Source of the DNA: an uncultured delta proteobacterium
GTDB lineage: Bacteria; Desulfobacterota; Desulfobacteria; Desulfobacterales; SG8-13
NCBI GenBank assembly: GCA_963719015.1
Contig: CAVRBA010000028.1
Location: 5,787-29,786 of the forward strand
DNA: 24,000 nucleotides
Direction: 5' to 3'
Part shown: piece by piece, positions 18,092 through 24,000 of the stretch
Numbering within the stretch: the first letter of the stretch is position 1
How the letters are laid out: the number at the start of each line of letters is the position of its first letter
Notes under the pieces: model-generated
The model's input: the letters and a program-made list of their open reading frames with translations, nothing else
What the model was told of the DNA's origin: nothing
Databases searched by the model: none
Translations under genes and position numbers: made by a program

Positions 18092-18196
18092 CTTTATACC
18101 GCTTTTCAAAAATAATATCCGAAATACGGAAGGGTGGTATAAGTAATTGTAGAAAAAAACGTTCGATTAACGGAACGTTTTTTTGACAACCACTAA
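18092..18196 (-). repeat. left copy (inverted) of a ~105-bp repeat bracketing hgcAB
   Basis: The reverse complement of 18092-18196 aligns with 20104-20207. My manual alignment gives 87 identical of 106 columns, with three 1-nt gaps. Confidence 0.8.
18153..18184. terminator. bidirectional rho-independent terminator between convergent thiD and hgcB
   Basis: AAAAAAACGTTC-GATTAACG-GAACGTTTTTTT: a perfect 8-bp stem (AAACGTTC/GAACGTTT) with an A-run on one side and a T-run on the other. It lies inside the left repeat copy. Confidence 0.75.
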
Positions 18197-18216
18197 AATG
18201 AGAGCGGAAAGGGTGT

Positions 18217-18492
18217 TCAGCAGCAAGCCGCCGAATGTTTACCCTTGATCCAGGTCTGAATGATGTAGGCGGCGCATCCAACTCCCGGTGAGACACGAAT
18301 TGCCGCAACCGGACAATTGTTGGCGCAGGCGCCACACTCCATACAACCATTGAAGTCGGCCACGAGAGCCTTTCTTCCTTCCACCACCAGAACGCCATGC
18401 GGACAGACCGCCGCACACATACCGCATCCCACGCAAGCGTCCGCATCGAGGGACAGTGTGGCAACATCAGGAAGATACCTGAAGGTTTTCAT
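18217..18492 (-). CDS. hgcB: HgcB, 2x[4Fe-4S] ferredoxin of the mercury-methylation pair
   Basis: The true start is ATG 18492 (AAGGA about 7 nt upstream), giving 91 aa. It has two CxxCxxCxxxCP motifs (CVGCGMCAAVCP and CMECGACANNCP) and the C-terminal ...SAACC cysteine pair typical of HgcB. It lies 61 nt downstream of hgcA. Confidence 0.9.
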   Translation of the reverse strand: MKTFRYLPDVATLSLDADACVGCGMCAAVCPHGVLVVEGRKALVADFNGCMECGACANNCPVAAIRVSPGVGCAAYIIQTWIKGKHSAACC

Positions 18493-18553
18493 CTCATTTC
18501 CTTTCACGGATGGACACGAAACGAACTTATCCAACCGGCAACGGGCCTGACAA

Positions 18554-19804
18554 TCACGCGAAAGCCGCCGCCACCCATATGGTTGCAGCGGAAAGAACGG
18601 CGGCCCCCTGCCAGGGAATCGCTCGGCGCATCTCCTTTTCGACACCCGAAGGCGATGTAAAGGGCGTTGCGCCCGTGAAGTTCATGGATAGAATGGAGCT
18701 GAAAGCAACCGTGCAGATCAACAGAGACAACAGCTCCCACCCGTTGAGGTTGTGCCAAGCGGCCACTGCCAGCGTCACCCCTGATAATACCCCGGTAAAG
18801 AGGCCTTTCAATGCAAAAGCCCGTGCGGGCAGCCAGGGCAGCAGAAGCGGTACGGCAATAGCGCCACCGATGATTCCGGCCGCACAGGCCGCAGTCAGCA
18901 TCAACCCTCTGCGCCAGGCGTCGTCAAAAGAAAATCCGCCCGGGCCGATTCCGGAAAGGATGAATCCAACGACCAACACCCCAACCAGATATTTAGGGAT
19001 CACGGCAAGTTCCACCGGGATCAGAACGAAACGCTCCCTTAGGGAAAAAGTCACCTGACGCATACCGGCATCGGCATTGAGGCCAGATTCCAGAAAACGC
19101 TTTAGATCCTTGGCTCTGACAGGGCCCCATACGATCTCGAATCCACACTCTTTTTTTACACGATGGGCGGCGACACCGGTTGCCGCCAGCTGGGGCAGTA
19201 CAAGCCGCCGGTGTTTGACAAGCCGCTCCAAACCGGCATTCTTGACGCAACGCACCACCTCGGCGGTGGAGAACGTTCCCTTGCCGGCGGCACACCAGAC
19301 ATTGATTCCGCGTGTGTCGAGCACCAGGATCCAGGCGTCGATAGAAGTCAGCTCTCGGCGCAGAATATCGAAGGATAGCTTGTAGTTGGCCGTGACCAAA
19401 ACCGGTGAGTTTTCACTGGGGGTACCGGTACAATACAGCCCGGGAGCAATCAGATAGCTGTTGCGTCCGATGCCGCAACGGACTTTGACACCGGCAAGGA
19501 TATCGGTAGTGTCAAGGACGGTTCTGACCCGTGGAACTTCGCCAACAGATGTCTTTTCGAATTCGGTAACAAAATGCCATAATCGGTATCCCGGCCGCTC
19601 GTAGGGGCTACAGGGCGGGCCGGCGGGTGGACCGCAACAAACGGCCTCATCCGGAGCTTCTCCGGCAGCCTGCAAACGTTCCGACGCTGCACCTGCAGAC
19701 GCGGTTTTTGCTCAGCAGCCGTTAGATAGCGTCTCGACTGCGCCGTCACCGTCGGGGCAAGATTCCACCGCAAGGGCATTTCCATGCGTGCCTTCTTTGT
19801 GCAT
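18554..19804 (-). CDS. hgcA: HgcA, corrinoid methyltransferase for Hg methylation; modelled with an N-terminal extension read through an in-frame UGA (candidate Sec)
   Basis: The core (18554..19675) is very secure. It has the GINVWCAAGKGTF cap-helix motif (NVWCAAGK = 19280-19303), VLVTANYKLSFD and a C-terminal multi-TM domain. The extension to ATG 19804 is an inference: same frame, AAGGA SD, and a single TGA at 19712-19714. Confidence 0.75.
19681..19704 (-). other. candidate bacterial SECIS hairpin 3' of the in-frame UGA in hgcA
   Basis: The minus strand after TGA reads GCAAAAA CCG CG T CTGC AGGT GCAG CG T C GG. This forms a stem with a bulged U and an AGGU apical loop, starting 8-11 nt after the UGA. 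Confidence 0.5.
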
Positions 19805-19821
19805 ATTTTCGATCCTTCTTC

Positions 19822-19887
19822 CTTCATTCAATGACCTCTGGCAAAGCCGCTATTTAAAACCGTTGTCTCGGGCAACCAACCGGTCAA
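19822..19887 (-). promoter_or_regulatory. hgcA promoter/leader module, paralogous to the rhomboid-gene leader
   Basis: The minus strand reads TTGACC...TTTTAAATAG CGGCTTTGCCAGAGGTCATTGAATGAAG. The 24-nt block CGGCTTTGCC[A/G]GAGGTCATTGAAT matches 22430-22453 in 23 of 24 positions, and the flanks align more weakly. Confidence 0.5.
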
Positions 19888-20103
19888 TAAATTTTTAATA
19901 ATACATAATAATCATTGTCTCAGGTATATGTTAACTTCTGGGACTGTCATACTTTGGGTGTCTCTCCAGTAACGTAGAGGGGTTACCGATGATTATTATT
20001 CCGCATAGTCATCAAAATACTCTCGAGCGGCGACTTTGCATGATCTCCGAAGAGTGGTGGGAGATCACCGTACTGTGACCCGATATGCGCTTGCGGGCGA
20101 ATG

Positions 20104-20207
20104 TTAGGTGGTTGTCAAAAAATGCTCTGATATTCGATCATTTTTTCTACAACCACTTATACCACCCTTCTGAATTTAGGAATTTATTTTTGATAAACGG
20201 TATAAAG
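20104..20207 (+). repeat. right copy of the ~105-bp repeat bracketing hgcAB
   Basis: See the left copy. It contains a degenerate A-run/hairpin/T-run (AAAAAATGCTC-TGATATTC-GATCATTTTTT) at the position of the left copy's terminator. Confidence 0.8.
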
Positions 20208-20259
20208 GGCGGATTCGGCGTTAAAAAATCGTCAGACCTTATGCGCTGGAGTCAAGATG

Positions 20260-21309
20260 TCATTTTTTTTTGGACTTGATTTCCAGGTCATCGCCGGAAT
20301 ATCCAAAAGCGGTCAGGATGGAGTGGGCGACCTTGACGGTGTCTTCTGGGCTTAGATGGGTTTCCACTAAGATATTGGTGCCTTCGATATTGACCGGAAG
20401 CCGCAATTCATCGGGGTCTTCTCTAAAGTAATACTTGTTGTCCACCGAATGCCAAAGCAGTCTCTCGACGTCCTGGTCGTGCTTCTTAATCAAAACTTCA
20501 CACAGTTTAAGAAGAAATTGGTCCCAGGCTTCCACCTTGAAAGAGTCTTCTGCGAAGGTAAATGCGTTGATAACTTGCCCTTTGTAGGTTTGGGGGTTCG
20601 GAAAAGACGCCTTTTCCTGTTCGGCGGCCTCTTCGACGGCTCCGGCTTGGCCGAGTTCTGTCAAAAACTCGGCGATCATTTTTTTATCGGGCTTGTAACC
20701 GCACAATTTTTCGACAGTATCACTGAAAAGATTAACCAGTTTCTCGTGGGGCTCGGAAATAATCTGGTTCCAGGCCTTTCCCATCGATTTTTGTATGAGT
20801 TTGCGTTGGCGTTTGGTCTGAATCGATTCGGCAATCTTAAGGGCTTTGCCCTTGGCCACATTGTCCTTTTCAAGCAGTTCGATTAGTCGGGTCGCCACTT
20901 CCTTGGACGGTTGTTTCAAAAGATCGAAGGCACAAAATCTTTTCTGCTCAAACGACCCTTCGCTGAAAGAAAGATAGAACCACCACCTTACCCCGTCGGT
21001 CAATACGGCCAGCTTTGCGCCTTCATTGAGAGCCGAGCCGAGCAGTTCCTTCTGGCAACCTTTGAGATCCTCACCGACTTTTTCCACACCGATAAAGACG
21101 GTGTCGATATTGCTCGTTCGCAATGCGAAATCGATTAGAGAAGATTTTACAGAGTGATCCGGTTTGACTTCATCGACATCGAAAATATCCCATCCCAGAA
21201 GGGACAACAACCGGATGACAATGGCCTGCTTTGTGGAGGCTTTGTCGAATGTGCTGAGTCTTTTGTTCGTTTTCAGCGTTTCGAAAAAGGCGATGATTTG
21301 TTTTTCCAT
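20260..21309 (-). CDS. orphan protein with an HsdR-N-like (PD-(D/E)xK nuclease fold) N-terminal domain and an uncharacterised C-terminal domain
   Basis: 349-aa ORF. The N-terminus STKQAIVIRLLSLLGWD...IDFAL...VFIGVEKV...LAVLTDGVRWWFY follows the pattern of the type I restriction enzyme R-protein N-terminal domain. The gene is visibly more A/T-rich than its neighbours. Confidence 0.65.
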   Translation of the reverse strand: MEKQIIAFFETLKTNKRLSTFDKASTKQAIVIRLLSLLGWDIFDVDEVKPDHSVKSSLIDFALRTSNIDTVFIGVEKVGEDLKGCQKELLGSALNEGAKLAVLTDGVRWWFYLSFSEGSFEQKRFCAFDLLKQPSKEVATRLIELLEKDNVAKGKALKIAESIQTKRQRKLIQKSMGKAWNQIISEPHEKLVNLFSDTVEKLCGYKPDKKMIAEFLTELGQAGAVEEAAEQEKASFPNPQTYKGQVINAFTFAEDSFKVEAWDQFLLKLCEVLIKKHDQDVERLLWHSVDNKYYFREDPDELRLPVNIEGTNILVETHLSPEDTVKVAHSILTAFGYSGDDLEIKSKKK

Positions 21310-21315
21310 GAAAGT

Positions 21316-21344
21316 ATTTTAGTCAATTTTCCTTAGAAAATCAA
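21316..21344 (-). promoter_or_regulatory. candidate sigma70 promoter giving a leaderless transcript of the 349-aa gene
   Basis: The minus strand reads TTGATT (21344..21339), 17-nt spacer, TAAAAT (21321..21316), then 6 nt and ATG (21309). No SD is present. Confidence 0.3.
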
Positions 21345-21564
21345 TCAGTTTTTAAATATTAACACCCGCCTGCCGCTCAAATTCAAGCGCTGGACTTGCA
21401 AACGGAGCCGTATCGAACACGTTCAAACATGAAATTGCTCCTTTGCCTTGAGGCCATCGTTTTAACGAAGAGTCCATCGGTAATCTGAAAGTGAATTGTG
21501 TTTCGAATCGGACAACGCATTTCCGGGTCAACCGGTTGCGAACACCCGATGACAAGTAGACGGA

Positions 21565-22410
21565 TTACCCCTGGAGTTGATAAAGGATGGCAGTAACGAC
21601 CGCATATCCGAGGACAGCGATGGAGACACTGACGCAGCAACCGGCCAGAAGCCTGTGAGCCTGACTTTCCCGCCTCTTTTCCTGATAGCCCAAAAGAGCA
21701 CCGAGTAACGCACCGGCAATGCCGCCGCCGATATGCCCCCAGCTATCAATGACCGGTATAATGAGGCCGAATATGATTAGCCCGATCGCCCACGCACCGA
21801 CCTGGCGGTAGATCGCCTGACCGTAGACCCCGCCGCGGCTCTTACCGTAATACAGGACGGCCCCGATCAGGCTGCAAACCGCTGCCGAGGCGCCGATGGT
21901 ATAATCATTACCTGCAAGGTAAGATACCAGAAAACCGGCCGTCCCCCCGACGGTGTAGATGATGAACATCCGGTAGGTGCCGAATTCTCTCACAGCGAGC
22001 GAAGCGAGTTGCGTAAAAGCGACCATGTTGAAAAAAATGTGCAGAATGCCGCCGTGCAAATAATTGGCTGACAGCAGGCTCCACCACCGCCCGTATTCGT
22101 CAATAGGGACCGTGCCGGTCATTCCCAGTAAAAGCAGACTTTTAATATCCGGCGACAAGAATACCAACGGGTTCATCGACAGCCCGATGCGGCTAGAACT
22201 GAGCAAAAGGGAAAGGAGAAAGAGACCGACATTTACCGCCACCACACCGCGGATGAGGCGATCCGAATGTTTCAGTCCGATGGCACTCGAAAAACGGTTC
22301 CAGAAAGAAGCGGGTCGCTTGAGAGCGCAGTAAGGGCATCGCGGTTCGCTTCGACTGATAAGCTTCCCGCAGTTGGGGCACAACATCGACTGCCGCTGGT
22401 TGGCGTTCAC
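21565..22410 (-). CDS. rhomboid-family intramembrane serine protease with an N-terminal zinc ribbon
   Basis: 281-aa ORF with a GTG start and AGGA 6 nt upstream. It has CPNCGKLISRSEPRCPYC, six TM helices, a GASAAVCSLIG catalytic-Ser motif and a WGHIGG catalytic-His motif. Confidence 0.88.
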   Translation of the reverse strand: MNANQRQSMLCPNCGKLISRSEPRCPYCALKRPASFWNRFSSAIGLKHSDRLIRGVVAVNVGLFLLSLLLSSSRIGLSMNPLVFLSPDIKSLLLLGMTGTVPIDEYGRWWSLLSANYLHGGILHIFFNMVAFTQLASLAVREFGTYRMFIIYTVGGTAGFLVSYLAGNDYTIGASAAVCSLIGAVLYYGKSRGGVYGQAIYRQVGAWAIGLIIFGLIIPVIDSWGHIGGGIAGALLGALLGYQEKRRESQAHRLLAGCCVSVSIAVLGYAVVTAILYQLQG

Positions 22411-22429
22411 TCGTTATCCTGATGCTGGA

Positions 22430-22524
22430 ATTCAATGACCTCCGGCAAAGCCGGAGCAATGGCTTGTGAGCTGCGCAATGCCGGTCTTTAAGAACCATTA
22501 TTTCAGGCAATCAGCCGCGGTCAT
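22430..22524 (-). promoter_or_regulatory. rhomboid-gene promoter/leader module (paralogue of the hgcA leader), with an internal hairpin and a long-range helix
   Basis: The minus strand reads ATGACC-N16-AATAAT ... CTCCGGC-TTT-GCCGGAG GTCATTGAAT. The 11-nt arms ATTCAATGACC (22519-22529, minus-strand sense) and GGTCATTGAAT (22430-22440) are perfectly complementary. Confidence 0.45.
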
Positions 22525-22604
22525 TGAATGAAGATTATTATACGATAGCACGTCATCCGGCATGCCGTCACACCGTCGGTTGACCCGCCGGGTCAATGAT
22601 AACG

Positions 22605-22635
22605 CAATACAAAAGGGTGGCCGCTGGACCACCCC
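22605..22635 (-). terminator. rho-independent terminator after the cytochrome c3 gene
   Basis: The minus strand reads GGGGTGGTCCAGCGGCCACCC followed by TTTTGTATTG. The stem is 8 bp and GC-rich, with one bulge and a 3-nt loop. Confidence 0.65.
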
Positions 22636-22778
22636 TAAATGAGGCTGAATCAATTAAAAAAATATTGCATAGAAAATAATACCGCCAAAGACGCGATCAT
22701 GCAAGCCGCATGCCCTTCGATTGCCGGTCCGAGAGAGTTCGATATCAAGCCATTTTTTTATTAAATTGCCTCCCGGAT

Positions 22779-23255
22779 TTATTTGGGATGACACTCGATA
22801 CAGCCCGATGGGCCGCTGGAAGGCAGCGCTTCGTCCAGCACCTGGTATGATTTTGCAGTGGCCAGGTTCTTGGCGCGGATATCCTTGTGGCACCCGATAC
22901 AGGACTTATGAAAGGCATATTTAAAGTACTTGATCGACACGTCGGAGTAAGAAAGGTAATTATTGGATGTTTTCGGCGCACTGGTTAGATCATGGCAACC
23001 GCTGGTCATGCATCCTTGAATCTTCTCGTCACCCTCCCATGTGTGGTGGCACTGTTTGCAATCGCTTGCGAAATGCCTTGCATGGGGGAATTCGACCGCG
23101 CTCTTTTGTGGGCTGACCCCTTCCGGCGGGCTGAGCGTTATCACGCCCATTGGAACACACATCTCTTCTACAGCGTCCTGCCCGAAAACATTGAGAGTCA
23201 ATCCGAACATGATAATCAACACCGCGCACAACAACCCCATTGCTTTGGCCTGCAT
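22779..23255 (-). CDS. tetraheme cytochrome c3 family protein, periplasmic
   Basis: The true start is ATG 23255 (GGGGGA about 8 nt upstream), giving 158 aa. It has the signal peptide MQAKAMGLLCAVLIIMFGLTLNVFG and four haem-binding motifs: CKQCH, CMTSGCH, CIGCH and CIECH. Confidence 0.88.
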   Translation of the reverse strand: MQAKAMGLLCAVLIIMFGLTLNVFGQDAVEEMCVPMGVITLSPPEGVSPQKSAVEFPHARHFASDCKQCHHTWEGDEKIQGCMTSGCHDLTSAPKTSNNYLSYSDVSIKYFKYAFHKSCIGCHKDIRAKNLATAKSYQVLDEALPSSGPSGCIECHPK

Positions 23256-23664
23256 TGTCAATCCCCCTTTGATTCGTGATACTGCGCCGATCAACCGTAT
23301 ATGCGTTACTAAAAGGTAATTGATACCCACCCGATTTGTGTGCTGTATGAATGCAATAGAATAGGAAAAATTTCAACCAAAAAATTGGATTTCAGCTCAC
23401 AAAAGCCGTCCAATCCTTCCTGGTCAGCGTCAGAATTACTATGGGTTTGACAGGTAGAACCATTTTTACTAACAATAGTTACTCCGGCTGAGTCATCGTT
23501 GCAGGTGGGTTCAGCCAATTATCCAATAACCGGACCCATAGATACCGGGGCGACCCTCCTGATTCTGAGGCCAATTTCGACCCGGTGCCGCTGCGCGTCT
23601 GTGGGACGTAAGCCAACTCGATCAGCCAACCGCCATCCACCATTCTGAAAGGAACGAAGGTTGC

Positions 23665-24000
23665 ATGACGATAGATGTTAAAACTCCAGCGAAACCACCG
23701 CTGACCGAAAAGCTGATTAGCTTGGGGATTCTCTCGGCACTGGCCCTTATTGCTGTCAGTATCTTTAAGGTTCAATCCGATTTCAATCCCGCTGTCGTCC
23801 AGCTTTATTCTGAACCGACAGTGAACAGCTCGTCACCCCCGGCTTTGTCGGCGCCAGCGGCAATGATGCCCCTGCCCAAAGGATTTACGACATTGACACC
23901 GCCTGAAACCTTCGAAGCTCGCTCACTGTCCGACAAGATCAACGGCAAAGCGGAGCTGTATTTATCTGCGGGTTTCAAGCGGTTGCAAAGCCAGCGGTTG
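23665..24000 (+). CDS. N-terminal part of a membrane-anchored hypothetical protein; continues past the window end
   Basis: Not in the ORF track because no stop falls in the window. GAAGG lies 4 nt upstream of ATG 23665, and 112 codons run open to position 24000. The protein starts MTIDVKTPAKPPLTEKLISLGILSALALIAVSIF..., with one TM helix. Confidence 0.55.
   Translation, partial: MTIDVKTPAKPPLTEKLISLGILSALALIAVSIFKVQSDFNPAVVQLYSEPTVNSSSPPALSAPAAMMPLPKGFTTLTPPETFEARSLSDKINGKAELYLSAGFKRLQSQRL

Noticed and set aside
18510-19058. 182-aa plus-strand ORF, plus other ORFs overlapping hgcA/hgcB
   Set aside because: They are antisense or off-frame to the motif-bearing hgcA and hgcB frames.
19450-19827. 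125-aa minus-strand ORF starting at ATG 19827 with a GAGG SD
   Set aside because: It is out of frame with hgcA and overlaps it for over 200 nt, with an Arg-rich composition of no sense. Its ATG and SD lie inside the conserved leader motif, so it may at most act as a short upstream initiation site. I do not call it a gene.
19989-20078. 29-codon plus-strand ORF (MIIIPHSHQNTLERRLCMISEEWWEITVL) with GAGGGG 6 nt upstream, divergent from hgcA
   Set aside because: The SD is decent, but the ORF is very short, has no recognisable family and coincides with two hairpin-forming inverted repeats (19989-20014 and 20041-20067). The evidence is not enough to call a gene, though it is worth a look in Ribo-seq data.
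23041-23060. Sigma54-like sequence TGGCAC-TGT-TTGCA on the plus strand; similar near-matches at 15730 and 6000
   Set aside because: The spacing between the GG and GC elements is two nt too short, and the sites lie inside coding regions on the antisense strand.
23479-23775. 98-aa minus-strand ORF
   Set aside because: It overlaps the start of the better-supported plus-strand CDS (23665 onward, with an SD and a TM helix) and has no start signals of its own.
1-24000. Search for CRISPR arrays, transposases, integrases, toxin-antitoxin pairs and rRNA
   Set aside because: I found no regularly spaced direct repeats and no ORF with DDE, tyrosine-recombinase or serine-recombinase motifs. The only repeats found are the hgcAB-flanking inverted repeats and the shared leader motif reported above.

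Overview
This window looks like a chromosomal segment from a deltaproteobacterium-like anaerobe, judging by a sigma54 two-component system, a tetraheme cytochrome c3 and hgcAB. Positions 1-18000 are mostly housekeeping genes. They are tRNA-Glu(CUC), an MltB-like transglycosylase, radA, rlmE-yebC, nadA, lolA, a zinc-ribbon thioredoxin with a coupled unknown gene, a sigma54-dependent response regulator with its sensor kinase, a LUD-domain gene, and a TPP-riboswitch-controlled thiM-thiE-thiL-thiD operon. The main locus is 18.1-20.2 kb, which carries the mercury-methylation pair hgcA/hgcB. HgcA has the NVWCAAGK cap-helix motif, and HgcB is a 2x[4Fe-4S] ferredoxin ending in CC. Three observations there go beyond a routine annotation. 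(1) hgcA has no ATG/GTG start of its own. Its frame continues upstream through an in-frame UGA to an SD-preceded ATG, and the UGA is followed by a bulged-U hairpin with GGU in the loop, resembling the fdhF SECIS. This makes HgcA a candidate selenoprotein with a Cys/Sec-rich N-terminal tail. (2) The hgcAB segment is bracketed by about 105-bp inverted repeats (about 82% identical), each containing a terminator-like hairpin. (3) The hgcA promoter/leader region is paralogous to the leader of a rhomboid protease gene 2.6 kb away. Three genes between 10.4 and 14.3 kb look disrupted: the histidine kinase and the LUD gene each need one base removed, and a membrane protein is split by an in-frame TAA. 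These could be real gene decay or assembly errors. I found no transposase, integrase, CRISPR array or rRNA. An A/T-rich orphan gene with an HsdR-N-like nuclease domain (20260-21309) and an A/T-rich tract next to the tRNA 3' end are the only hints of foreign DNA.
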